Numbered from the stretch's first letter, positions 1-12,754 are shown. The stretch: DNA of 64,000 nt from Octopus sinensis (GCF_006345805.1 NC_043000.1:61504001-61568000); one strand, 5' to 3'. Notes: generated by a model from the sequence alone, not told the origin. A program made the numbers and translations.

Positions 1-534
1 CGCCGCCTTCCACTAATGAAATGTTAACATTACATATCAACCATTTTATATCGATGCACAACTTTCTACACAAGGAAAATAACAATAAATAGATATCTGA
101 CTCAAGAAGGAAACTTGTACCTTTAGGAGGAGAAGATTGCCCTTGGTGCACTTCTTATTAACGCTAATATAGTAAATAAAGTGAACTAATTAAAATCAGG
201 AATTAAAAGGGCTACACCTCGCATAACCTGAGGTCACGCCCTGCTCTCTAGTGTTAGTTACACTTACAACCCTTTTCTCTCTTATAAGACACACCAGGTA
301 TGTTACACAGTTTATTTCAAACCAAACCATATCATTTTATCTTGTTCGCCTTCTTTAATTTACTAATCCACAAGGGAAAATGTATAAATCTATATTCTCC
401 AATTCCCTCACCCCATCCTATGAACTTAAAACAAATTATTCATTAATAGAAGACTTTTGCATGTGACGAAAAGTTAATCAAGTTGTTCTATTTATCTCTT
501 TGAGATGAGTTCTATACAGGTGTGCTTGTGTGTG

Positions 535-1135
535 TGTCTGCGCACGCAGGTGTGTTTGGTGTTTGAGTGTGCGTGTACTTATTTGTAGGTGTGTAGGTAT
601 GTGAGTGTGTGGTGTTTGCGGTTTGTTTACATATGAGCACAGTTTCCTTCTCAATGAATAATGTTTATTGGACTTTGGAGAGCACATATTCGCGATATAT
701 GTTAATTTTTTTTATTGATTATTATTCTCGCCTCTTTGAAATATATGTATTTATGTATGTATATGTATGTATTTATGTGTGTATGTATGTATGTATGTAC
801 ATATGTGTATCTAAGTATAAATATATATATATACACATATACATATATATGCATATATATATACATGTATATATATATAAATGTATATGCGTGTGCATGT
901 GTGTGTATATATATATACATACACTTACACACACACACACATATATATATACATGCACACATACACGCACACACATTCCTTCTGTTATTACTTTTGAGAA
1001 CCTTCTTTGAAATATGTGTATGTGTGTGTGTATATATAATTATATATATATATATACATACACACACACAAACACGCACACGCACTCACACACTCACGCT
1101 CTCACACACACACATACACACACACTCACACATTC
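535..1135. repeat. Compound (TG)n/(TA)n/(CA)n microsatellite region
   Basis: Directly visible dinucleotide runs; they explain the Y/I/V/C/M/H/T-rich ORFs at 478-1232. Confidence 0.95.
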
Positions 1136-1499
1136 AGTTTGTTTATGTCTGAGAGAAAGATTGCACTGTGTGGGTGGAAACTATCATTACAGAAAGATGT
1201 TTTCAAATGTTATCAAAGTAAAATTCTCATGAGCTTGTATTCTTTCCCGATGGTTGTCTGTTTAGTATTGAGTGAATCGTCGTTTTTGTATAGCAGCAGT
1301 TGTCTGCTCTTAAGCGAGAGGAAACTCCCAGTTTTCAACATTTCGTAACCTGAGAGCAAGAGAACATGATTAATATACGTTTAGAATAAAATCTCTTGTG
1401 ACAGACGGAAGAAAATGGAAGCACAAAATTCCTTGCTTTAAGTGAAACTCAATAGTGATTCACCTCAGAAACATCTCTCCAGGGCTATTTTCTTTTACT

Positions 1500-1660
1500 A
1501 AAATTCGAAAACTTTTAATATGCTTTGGCAATATTTTTGAAAATTGAATGGAAGAAAATACCGACGGAAGGACATGAATATTCACTTGTGTTAAAAGTTA
1601 CATGCCATTAAAGCCGTGGAGGGGAATTATTGCATGTACAAAAGCAGTTAACTTTATAGA
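1500..1660 (+). mobile_element. Possible Tc1-like transposase C-terminal relic
   Basis: Frameshifted translation IFLKIEWKKIPTE...IKAVEGNY resembles the Tc1 C-terminal pattern EW.KIP...AVIKA.GG; highly decayed. Confidence 0.3.
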
Positions 1661-2959
1661 TAATGTGAATAGCTGAACGAAAGATAAATTTACATGACAT
1701 TATCACAAACAACATGAAATTAAGCAGTATTTTTGAAGTCTTCAAGTGCATAGTTTTTGCTTACAAATTCGTGTAAAATTGATGTTATGAATGCACGTAC
1801 GTAATGATAGAAAATTTTTAATGTGACAATCTGCTGGAAATATAATGCATCAACTAGACAATTTTATCCTTCAATTGAAGTAACGTTATCTTCCTATTTA
1901 AGAAAATTGACTTTAACTTCATAATAATTTTAGCTTATGTATGCTTCCAGTATTTACTTAGTTGTCGTCTGCAGCTGAGGAGGTACATTTAGAGATAAGC
2001 GTCGGCTAGTCGGACATCATTATTATTTGTAGCTGTTTTACTTATCGTCTGTTGCAGACGACTATAAAGAATGTATGCTTGTTCTGCCTGAAATATCCAC
2101 ACCACTAAAACAGCTTACATAATCACATAAAATGTTGTTGAACTTGTTGTCTTGGGCAACACGGTGCATGAACATCAACGTCACGAAAGTTTAGGCAGAT
2201 TGGTCAGATGAAATTATCTGGGTCAGCGCTCCAGGTTCAACATGATTCCGCTTACTGATACAACTCCTTTATAAGGAGTGTCTCCTTTATTCGTTTATTT
2301 CTATTATTCAATCATTTATTTCCAGAAAATAAAATCTGGTGGATGTCAGTTGGGTGAAGTTTCTCTCAGTTATGAAGAACTTTAAATCTATATAAATCTA
2401 TATTGAATAGAAAACTTTATATGGATTTAATGTATTTCTACTTTACCTGATAGATATGCCCTATTCACTATAGTGGGAGATAACTTCATATGGGCAAGAA
2501 TTTCAGTTCAATACAGGATTTGAATTTAATATATCCAGCCTACAGTTGCTGGCTTTATTTCTCCTCATTAATTCTTGCAGCTCTGTAGATTGGGTTACTT
2601 TAGTTAAGTGATCTGACCAGTAACGTAGCGAAATGATATAGAATAGACAAAAAACAACAACAACATAATATAGAATAGACAGAAAAGAACTAATTTCCAC
2701 GATAATGCATTATCATGTAACTATTGAACACTTCCTTTTAGTATTTCATAATTAGCAAGTCTCTTTGTACCAATACCTTTCCTCGTCATCGACACGTGGA
2801 TTATAATCGGCAAAAATGCGCAAGTATGGATATGGAAGTTATCTCCCTTCTCATTTACAGTCGCTAGCAACTTCTCGAGGTTTACGTTTTCTTTCAGCAA
2901 CTGAAAGAGAGATATTTCTTTAGAAATATATTATGAGCATCGTAATCAGCTTGCCACTA

Positions 2960-3345
2960 GATTCCTTACATCGGTAAACACCAAAGAAGCAAATATTGAG
3001 TATATCCACAAAGAAATGGAGAGTGCTCGCACAGCTACATTATGTCAGTTGTAAAATCATTACTTAGAAGAAACATAAGTTCCTCTTCCACAAATGAAAA
3101 TCTAAACACAGAAATCTACAAAATAAGAGAGACACTAATTAATAACTTATATTCAATCAGACAAAAAGAGCAAACGACTGATGAATATATACAGAAATAT
3201 AGTGTTACAAATAAATTAGATGTTTCCCCTATTAAAAATACAAAATCTACACAAAATGTGTATTATATGAAGGAAATACATAATACATATAGAATGGACG
3301 ACCATATAATAAACAATCTCATAAAACAGAACGCAAAATGACGCT
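2960..3345 (+). mobile_element. Penelope-like element fragment (RT thumb/C-terminal region), decayed
   Basis: TSVNTKEANI (frameshifted), then YIMSVVKSLLRR..SSS.ENLNTEIYKIRETLINN, resembles the PLE TSVYRKPTN...SV..SL.RRA...E...I...L..N.Y segment. Truncated at a SINE at ~3370. Confidence 0.65.
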
Positions 3346-3369
3346 AATAATTATTTCAAATTTTTGCCG

Positions 3370-3563
3370 CAAGGGCAGCATGGGGGTAGATGGGGGATGA
3401 GTCGATTACATCGACCCCAGTGTTCAACTGGTACTTATTTTATCAACCTTGAAAGGATATTAGGCAAAGTTAACCTCGGGCGAATTAGAACTCAGAACGT
3501 AGCGACGGGTGAAATAGCTTTAAGCATTTCGTCCAGTGTGCTAACGATTCTGCCAGCTCTTAC
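3370..3563 (-). mobile_element. tRNA-derived SINE, family A
   Basis: Reverse complement matches the copies at 6328-6910 (gagctggcagaatcgttagc...ttctgagttc...gtaccag...ggggtcgatgtaatcgact). Confidence 0.85.
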
Positions 3564-3579
3564 CACCGAACACCACAGC

Positions 3580-4012
3580 ACTAATCTAGCCCATGGATCA
3601 AAGCGTCATTAGTGCTTTTAAGGCGCCCTATACACGAAACTTCCTGCAACATCTGGTTGAGGCTATGGACTCGGATATTAACTTCTCGCTGAAGGAGTAC
3701 TGGCGTGGGTACACTGTTACAAGGTATCTCCAAAATATTCAGAATGCCATAAAGGAGATGAAGATCGAAACTTTGAATGCGATGTGGAAGAAATTGTGGC
3801 CAAAAGTGATCTACGACTCTAAAGGATTCTCTCCTGACAAACTCCACCACTTTCACATTGTAGTAGATAAGGCAGTGAAGCTGGCAAAATTACTTAGTGG
3901 AGATGGCTTCACCGATATGATTACTGAGGACGTTAATAACCTGATCGCGGCCCATTAAAATCTGTTAACGGATGAAAATCTGACAGAGATGACGAAGTCA
4001 GCTAGTGAGAAA

Positions 4013-4072
<60 letters not shown>

Positions 4073-4435
4073 GATGATGATGATGATGATGAAGAAGTAG
4101 AGGTCAGCCTATCACTAGAACACCTCTCAACTCTAGCAAAAACGGCTAAAGAACTTCAGAGAATGGGGGAAGCTTGGGACCCCCAGACAATTCGTGTGTT
4201 GCAGTTTAGAAATGCAATCGACGGAACCATGGAAGTTTATAAAAAACTTCTTACGCAAAAGAAAAATCAGCGCCTATCACTATGTTCCTCACCCGCAAAA
4301 CTTTGAAGAAACGAGCACTCTTAAGAGTGTGTGGGGAGCTTATAAAAGCTTAAATATACAAAAATAATTAAAAAAGTATACAGTACAGTATTGTTTCTAC
4401 TTGGCGGATTTTCACCTATTGCGTGGGGATTTGAA
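3580..4435 (+). mobile_element. Tigger/pogo-family DDE transposase 3' fragment (pseudogene)
   Basis: ORF 3593-3958 begins MDQSVISAFKAPYTR (DDE_1 PMDQGVI..FKA.Y.R motif) and contains NAMWKKLWP. The frame continues past a stop into LTDENLTEMTKSAS, an acidic tract and FRNAIDGTMEVYKKLL. A TIR-like end lies near 4398-4435. Confidence 0.88.
4015..4095. repeat. (AAT)n followed by (GAT)n microsatellite inside the Tigger relic
   Basis: Direct reading. Confidence 0.95.
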
Positions 4436-4977
4436 ACGTGACACCGATATATTTATATGATAAGCCCCATATCCTAAGTATGTTTAGCTGTAGTCTCCAC
4501 ACTGTAATACTAGCCTTTTGTTTTTGTATATTTAGTGCCATTGAGTATAGTTTTGTCGTCGATTCTACTTGTACCCAGCAAATGTTGATCAACTTTGACA
4601 TTGATGGAAGACTTGTCTGCTTTACTATCACTCACCTTAAATTATTATCGAGACTGTTACCACACAAACATTGAAGTTGTTAATTAAATGACATCAGGTA
4701 TTATTTGATTAATAAAAAAAAAACTCGTAGTTAAAGGTTTTCAATTCTTAAACGCAGATAAAAATCTTGAAATTTTAACAGCGAAGAAATTTCAATCTTG
4801 AACGCTAAAATATCTGTTACTTCTGTATCCAAGTCAACACAAAACAACTAAACGTTTAGAAGTAAATTATATAAGATCACTTATATATATTTGAAATTTC
4901 TCAATGTACGATATTACTAGAGTCAAAATATTGTCTCATATTTTGTACAGTATTAACTGACTACAATTTTTAAATTA

Positions 4978-5215
4978 TATGTATGTGTGCTTGTGTTTGT
5001 GTTGTGTGATTTTGTATGTATGTATGTATGTATGTATGTATGTATGTATGTATGTATGTATTATATATATATATGCATATGTATATATGTATATATATAT
5101 ATATATGTATATATATATAATATATATATGTATATATATATATATTATATATATATATTATATATATATATATATATATGTGTGTGTATATATATATACG
5201 TGTGTCTGTGTGTAT

Positions 5216-5260
<45 letters not shown>
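4978..5260. repeat. (ATGT)n/(TA)n microsatellite
   Basis: Direct reading. Confidence 0.95.
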
Positions 5261-5262
<2 letters not shown>

Positions 5263-5940
5263 GAAGTCAGAAAAACACGCACAAGCACACCCAGATAAGC
5301 ACATATAAGTGCCTAAAAGGATTGTGACAAACATATTGTAGAATGGTTTGGCGATTTATTAAGCATGTTTCAGTAGATCATACAGTCCGAGTATGGTCTT
5401 GTAGATCGGAATCTGTAATTAGTTGCTTGTATTAGTACACAGGGGCCCAGACCTTTTTATCTAAACAAGTACATACACTTTGAAAGATTATAATACAACG
5501 TATTTAGTAATTCATCTGAATAAAGAAAGAAAGAAACTCTATGGAAATATAGAGATTTATTAGTCTAACATTTAGTATTGGAATGTTATTGAAGAGAACC
5601 ATGTCTTTTAGGATTTATACATGTCTCCTGAATATCTCTGGTTTTGAGGATAGTAAAATTGTGCGACTTGATACATGGCTGCCGCCTGAACAAGTGCCCT
5701 TTACCTATGTTTCAAGATTTTTGTTTTCCTTTTCGGTGACTAAATATTAGTACTAAGGTTTATATTAGTCCTGCTTTTGTGTATAAATCCCTGGGTTGCC
5801 AAGAACTGTATGACGGGTAACTGTTTAGTTTGCTTGTTTTTTTCAGTCCACATCTATAGAGAAAATGTGGAATATCTCGTAACCTAGTGAATGTTTATCC
5901 CAAATGTTTATCATCTTGATCTAGTATGACTCGTAAAATC

Positions 5941-6148
5941 CTTTCCACTATAAGTACAAGCCTTGAAATTTTGGTGGAAGGAGGGCTAGGTGATTATAAT
6001 CAGCACCCCAGTGCTTGTCCGGTACTTCCATAAAATATAAAATGCCAAGTCAGCCTTGGCGGAATTTGAACTCAGAACGTAAAGATAGATGAATGCCGCT
6101 AACCCTTTTTGTTCGCCGTGCTAACGATTCTGCCGGCTCACCGGCTTA
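5941..6148 (-). mobile_element. SINE family A, diverged
   Basis: cggcggaatttgaactcagaacgtaaag...gctaacgattctgccggctc is the reverse complement of the family A core. Confidence 0.85.
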
Positions 6149-6327
6149 CCAAGATATTTCAATGTATTAAAAAGTGTGATGAAAAAATTGTAAACTGGGG
6201 GATGAATGTTATAATTAAATGAATTCTAGAATGATAGGTTATTTGCTATATTTATTAAACTCACCATGTTGGAATGAATGAGTATCAGTATGGAAAGGAG
6301 GCGACGTATAATATATTTAGAGTAACA

Positions 6328-6910
6328 AGGCGGCGAGCTGGCAGAAACATTAGCACGCCGGGCGTAATGCGTAGCCGTATTTCGTCTGTCGTTACGTTGT
6401 GAGTTCAAATTCCGCCGTGGTCGACTTTGCCTTTCATCCTTTCGCGGTCGATAAATTAAGTACCAGTTACGCACTGGGGTCGATGTAATCGACTTAATAC
6501 CTATGTCTGTCCTTGTTTGTCCCCACTATGTTTAGCCCCTGTGGGTAATAAAGAAATAGGTATTACGTCTGCCGTTACGTTCTGAGTTCAAATTCCGCCG
6601 AGGTCGACTTTGCCTTTCATCCTTTCGGGGTCGATTAAATAAGTACCAGTTACGCACTGGGGTCGATGTAATCGACTTAATCCGTTTGTCTGTTCTTGTT
6701 TGTCCCCTCTGTGTTTAGCCCCTTGTGGGTAGTAAAGAAATAGGTATTTCGTCTCTCTTGACGTTTTGAGTTCAAATTCCGCCGAGGTCGACTTTCCCTT
6801 ACATCCTTTCGGGGTTGATAAATTAAGTTCCAGTTGTGTACTGGGGGTTGATCTAATCGACTGGCTCCCTCCCCCAAAATTTCAGGCCTTGTGCCTAGAG
6901 TAGAAAAGAA
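6328..6910 (+). mobile_element. SINE family A with tandem triplication of its body (~185 bp units)
   Basis: One head (ggcggcgagctggcagaaac) is followed by three units starting gtatt(t/a)cgtct at ~6377, ~6561 and ~6744, each with gagttcaaattccgccg.ggtcgacttt. Confidence 0.92.
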
Positions 6911-9084
6911 TATTGAAATGGTTTCTTTTTGCACATGTGGTGTTATGTATTAATTAACACTATATTTCATGACAACACATATCGACCTAACTTCATTTTC
7001 CAACTGAAACCTATTCACTTCCTCTTTGTCACGAATGTTCCAAGGAAGGTATGAACGAGAGAGCTTGCTATTTTCTCCGTTCCTTCACTAAAGAATTATC
7101 ATGTTTGAAAAGGCAAATTACACATGAATAAAGAAAAACAAGGTAGTTACAATGTATGTTTGAGAGTCAGTCGATTCAATTTCTAGCCACTTCCTTGTCG
7201 ATAACCTCATTGGAAACATCACGTATGTATGTTAAAAATTTTATTTCTCTTTCTTCAAAATTTTCCAATATTTTGTAACTATGCAAGACTTCAATTTTCT
7301 ACGCTTTAGATCTAAGACAAGAATTGTGTGAAAGCAACTGGAAGTAACATCAGTCATAAACTACTCATTTGATTGCATTTCCAGCTTGTACTATACTTTA
7401 GATGATCAGATAAATAACAAAACAGAGTAATTCGAAAATGAATTTATGGTTGGGGATATATAATTTACACTTGACAAAAGATTTTCGAGGTAGCTGATTT
7501 CAATTTTAATTAAAATAAATTCACATCTCTCTCTCTATCTAAAAAAAAAAAAAAAAAAGACATCACAGGAAACAGTTTTGAAAGGATTGATGACTGCTAA
7601 TAACAATAATTACCTCTGATCGTCGAGCTGCGGAAAGGTTACGCCTTGGTAAAAGTGAATCAGTTTTGACGTAAATTGTGGAATTTCTTTTTGTGCTACT
7701 AATACATTAATGTTGTGCAAGAAACTTAGATATGCATAAATGTTGCAGGATTTGCAAATTCTTACAACGATAGTGAAAGTAATGTTCTGAAGGCATAAAA
7801 TGAACGGAAAATATTTTTATTTTTCTGGCTGCAAAATAATATTATCGATCATCGGCTAACATTATTCTAAAAGAACGTTTCCTATATATTGGTGCATCGT
7901 CATATTTCCACCAAGATATACGACGCGGCAGCCAAAAAGTTAAGACAGCAGACTATTAGAAAGACACGCTTATATCCAGTTCCTTAACCTTGAAAAGTAC
8001 GATGTATTGTATGAAAGAGAATGGTTCTCTATTGGCGTTCTTCCATAGATAAATTAGTATCTATCATGAAGCTTGAGTCATAGAGTTTTGAAAATATATG
8101 ATGCTAGTTTCATATTCCTTACTTTATCCGTTCTGAAAGAAGTTTCTTCTTATTAGATAAACCCGATATCCCTTTCAAATTAGCAACCGTAGCTTCATCA
8201 TCAACGAAAATAACTTTGGAAATGATCAAAATATATCCAAGAGGAATTTCAGAGGAATTCACACCTGACGCAGGTGTCAATTCCTCTTGGAATACAAGTA
8301 AACTATATTCACTGACCCAATTTAACTTACCAACAGTGCTATTTCCAAATGGCATTTCCCTTCGGATCAAATATAATAAACTATTCTGTTACATATAATA
8401 TAAATAGTAAAGCTGTCTGATTGAGGTACTGGTGCTATATATTCTCAACTGAGCAACATCCAGTTCCTTCAATGACAATGTTATGTGTAAATATTTTTTA
8501 TACTTTTGAGAAGAAATAAATAGATAAAAGGGTAAGGTCTACATAACTGATATTCTCACACTAGGTGGTCTTTTTAAGTAAATGGATCTCAGTCAGTTTC
8601 GAAGAAGAGTATTTACCATATTTGTTCAATCGACTGAACTCCATATTTAGTAAATTAAGTCGGTTAGTAATTCACCACATCAGCATCACAATTTGTGATA
8701 TGGCTGAACCTCTGAATTACAACTACCATCCATCTAACGAGCTTCTGTACAATATTCATCTACCTAATTTTACTCACTAAATTTGTATCTAGACGAGGCC
8801 TTAGCAAATTGCTTCAATTCCACCTTATTAACATTGCTAATTCCATTTAAAAGCCATGCAAGTCTCATGAGAAACACCACGTAATAACTCATTAAATAGA
8901 ACAAACTGCGAGATCGACGTGACTTTTAGTTGCTATATCTGCCTATTGCAATTTTAGGGGAAATCATAGGCTGTCTATTGTATTATACTGTATCGCTTAC
9001 GAGATAATTAACCCTATATGTTGACCGAAGACTTGACAGATAGAATCTGGTAGCCAAAACAGTACGGATAATAAATATGTGTTT

Positions 9085-9139
9085 ATACATACACACATAT
9101 ACATATATACATACATACATACATACATACATACAAACA

Positions 9140-9170
<31 letters not shown>
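9085..9170. repeat. (ATAC)n microsatellite
   Basis: Direct reading. Confidence 0.95.
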
Positions 9171-9310
9171 TGTTAACTTCAAACGAATTTATAAACTTTC
9201 GAGAGAACGTGAAATAATTCGTTTTGGAACAGTGGACTCGAAGCACATAAGGCTATAAAATATTAGGCTAGAAAACCTTTAGGATAGGAAAAGTCAAAAG
9301 TCTTATTATA

Positions 9311-9733
9311 TACTCTTTTACTCTTTTACTTGTTTCAGTCATTTGACTGTGGCCATGCTGGAGCACCACCTTTACTCGAGCAAATCGACCCCAGGACTTA
9401 TTCTTTGTAAGCCTAGTACTTATTCTATCGGTCTCTATTGCCGAACCGCTAGGTTACGGGAACGTAAGCAACCAGCATCAGTTGTCAAGTGATGTTGGGG
9501 TGGGGGACAAACACAGACACACAAACATAGGCACGCACATATACATCCATATATATATATAGATATATACAACGGGCTTCTTTCAGTTTCCGCCTACCAA
9601 ATCCACTCACAAACCTTTGGAGGGCCCGAGGCTATTGTAGAAGACACTCGCCCAAGCTGCCACGCAGTGAGACTTAATCCGCAACCATATGGTTAGTAAG
9701 CAAACTACTTACAACACAGCCACTCCTACGCCT
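9311..9733 (-). mobile_element. tRNA-derived SINE, family B (internal microsatellite, AAAGAGTA-type tail)
   Basis: Reverse complement matches the copies at 15463-15914 and 52539-52950. Confidence 0.92.
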
Positions 9734-9798
9734 ATATAATGTATGTATTATGTATATATGTATGTATGGGTGTCTGTATGTATACATGTATCTTTATA

Positions 9799-9829
<31 letters not shown>

Positions 9830-9844
9830 ATAATATATATATAT

Positions 9845-10086
9845 ATTTATTATAGAAGGAGCTTCTACAGGACTAGAACTGTTTCATTCAAGAGAAATCT
9901 TCAGGAAGCTAGTTAACAAGAATTGTATTGGCATTTATACATTAGGCAGGTTTAAAAAGGGTGTTAAACCTGTTTAAACCCTGCCTAAATGTATAAATGC
10001 CAATACAATCTTGTTAACTAGCTTCCTGAAGATTTCTCTTGAATGAAACAGTTCTAGTCTGTAGAAGCTCCTTCTATATAATAAAT
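9845..10086. repeat. Long inverted repeat (foldback), ~115 bp arms and 8 bp spacer
   Basis: 9851-9960 is the reverse complement of 9969-10078 apart from a few single-base indels and one substitution; spacer gtgttaaa. Confidence 0.95.
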
Positions 10087-10548
10087 TAATTTATACTCTG
10101 CTATGTATGGAGTACCTTATTTACTGTGGTTACCCCGAATCAACCCGGGACCTACATATATATATATATAATATATATATATGGTGTGTGTGTGTGTAAT
10201 GTGTTTGGTGTGCGTGCGTTTGTGTGTGTATGTGTGTGGGTGTGTGTGCGTGCGCGTGTGTGTAAGACATCCTAAACTCTCCTATACCATTTTTGGCTAC
10301 CATATGCCATCCTATAGTTGGGTATTTTCCAATGCTGGATAAATATGAGGAACTCCCATATTGTATAAGATTAATAGTTCTGTGAGAAAACTCCAAGTAA
10401 TCAGGCAACGCTCGATCGCATTCGATCCCACCAGAACCAATACGCACAACTGCCGCTGAAGAATCATCCTATATCAAGTTATTCTAAAGACTAATCTTCA
10501 ATAATAACATATGCTGTGATTTACAATTAAATCTTTGTTTTATCTCTC

Positions 10549-10589
<41 letters not shown>

Positions 10590-10599
10590 ATATACATAC

Positions 10600-10635
<36 letters not shown>

Positions 10636-10636
<1 letters not shown>

Positions 10637-10733
10637 GTCTTCCATAAACAACCTTGCCCGGACTTGTGTCTAGGAGGGTAACTTTCTAGGTGCAATCCCA
10701 TGGTCATTCATGACCGAAGGGGGTCTTTACCCT
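10636..10733 (+). mobile_element. SINE family C, 3' fragment
   Basis: gtcttccataaacaaccttgcccggacttgtg...ggtgcaatcccatggtc...gaccgaagg matches 23395-23480. Confidence 0.85.
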
Positions 10734-10744
10734 TTATATATATA

Positions 10745-11011
10745 TGGTGCTGGTATGGCTGTCTGGTAAGAAGCTTACTTCCCGACCACATGTTTCCGAG
10801 TTGAGTCTCACTCCTTAGCACTTTTGGCAAGTGTCTTCTACTAGACTCGGGCCGACCAAAGTATTGTGCTGGTATGTTAGCGTTCCCATGACTTAGCGGT
10901 TCGGACCACAGAATAAGTACCAGGGTGGAAAATATATATATAAGTTCTGGTGTCGATTCTTTTGACTAAAAATTCAAGGCGGTGCCCCAATATGGTCGCA
11001 GTCTAATGATG
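10745..11011 (+). mobile_element. SINE family B variant, diverged and internally deleted
   Basis: ggcaagtgtcttctacta, gggccgaccaaag, gacttagcggttcgg and aggcggtgcccca motifs are shared with family B. Confidence 0.75.
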
Positions 11012-11019
11012 GAAACAAA

Positions 11020-11198
11020 ACAATATATATATACATACATAATATATATATATTATATGCATACCTACATATATACATACAAACATACATACATGCATAC
11101 ATACATACATACATACATACATACATACATACATAATACATACATACATACATACATACATTCATACATACATGCATACATTATATATATATATATAG

Positions 11199-11235
<37 letters not shown>

Positions 11236-11288
11236 TATATCCATATATATATACATATATACATATATATATATATAGTTATATATAC

Positions 11289-11347
<59 letters not shown>

Positions 11348-11480
11348 TGTATATAGGTATGTATGTATGTATGTATGATGTATGTATGTATGTATGTATG
11401 TATGTATGTATATATATATATATATATAATATATATATATATAATATATAATATATATATTATAATATATACATACATAC
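11020..11480. repeat. Compound (TA)n/(ATAC)n/(ATGT)n microsatellite
   Basis: Direct reading. Confidence 0.95.
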
Positions 11481-11785
11481 TGAATAGTATATGTTTAAAT
11501 GACAATCTATAGGGGTCTGTAGTTTGGAAATGTATGCTAAATTAAAAGAACTATGGAGACGCATATAGTGTAGTGCAGTATCACAATGCTTTGAGATAGA
11601 GAGAAAATATCAATACAAGGTTGGCAATTTTCGAATATTTGGGAAACAGAATGTTTATAAGCAACACATTTAAAGAGGCAGTTTTTTTTTTTTTTCAAAA
11701 CTATAAACAATGCTAACGGCAACAGTACTGCCAACAATGATAAAGAAAATTAGAGATCTTTGTCAGCACACAAATATAAATGAAT

Positions 11786-11843
<58 letters not shown>

Positions 11844-12000
11844 TGTGTGTGTGTGTGTCTGAGTGTGTATGTGTGTGTGTGAGTGTGTGTGTGTGTAAGT
11901 GTGTGTATGTGTTGTGTGTGTGGTGTGTGTGTGTGTGTGAGTGTGTATGTGTGTGTGTATGTGTGTGTATGTGTGTGTGTATGTGTGTGTATGTGTGTGT
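11786..12000. repeat. Long (TG)n microsatellite (~215 bp)
   Basis: Direct reading. Confidence 0.97.
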
Positions 12001-12702
12001 AACTAAGCACAATTTCAAAATGGAAAGGAATTTTAATAATCTATGTTAAAAAGAGTGAGAAGAGGCTAATTCTATTTTTCACTGGGAAGAGATTAAATGT
12101 TATTGTTATTTCTACATAATTTTGGATTGATTTATCACGAAATATTTTTGATTCAGTAGTAGTTTTATTATGAAGCAAGTTCAAGGACGATAACCTATGC
12201 TATTACTTAAAATCGGCTTGTGTGACGTTAAATATTCAAATAAAACACTGTTCACTCCAATAATCTGGCTTATCACGAATCTTACATGTGAAATACCCTG
12301 AAGGCAGTGGAACAGAGTTGCCTCCCTTACATTTGACGAGCTAACGTATATTGTAGACTGAGAAACTGATTCCTTTCTTTACATAATGACAATTATAAAT
12401 ACAATAAAATGTTGCGGTTAACACCACTAAAAGTGGGAGATGATATATACATTCTGGCACGCTTAACAGTAATATCAACTGCAGAGAATTAGGAAAATGA
12501 ACAGCTGTGAAATACATCGAAAAATAAAATTCATTTTTAGTTGTGAAAAGGAACGAAGATAGCAGTTTAGGAAGACAAGGAAGAACCCTCAAAATTCATA
12601 ACAAAAGATTTGCTAAATTTATGATTTAATGTGAAGCTCCATGTTTGTGTAGGCGTGTGTGTGTGTGTACACATACACACTCACGCCTACACAAACACAC
12701 AG

Positions 12703-12754
<52 letters not shown>

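Noticed and set aside
4632-4680. Minus-strand QCLCGNSL (WSC-domain-like) before a perfect GTGAGT donor
   Set aside because: An in-frame stop lies immediately upstream, with no acceptor AG between it and the motif.
10130-10447. Minus-strand ORF ending ...WHMVAKNGIGE (Ig/FN3-like tail)
   Set aside because: Only a 7-residue resemblance, no other domain hallmarks, no convincing donor site, and it runs into a microsatellite.
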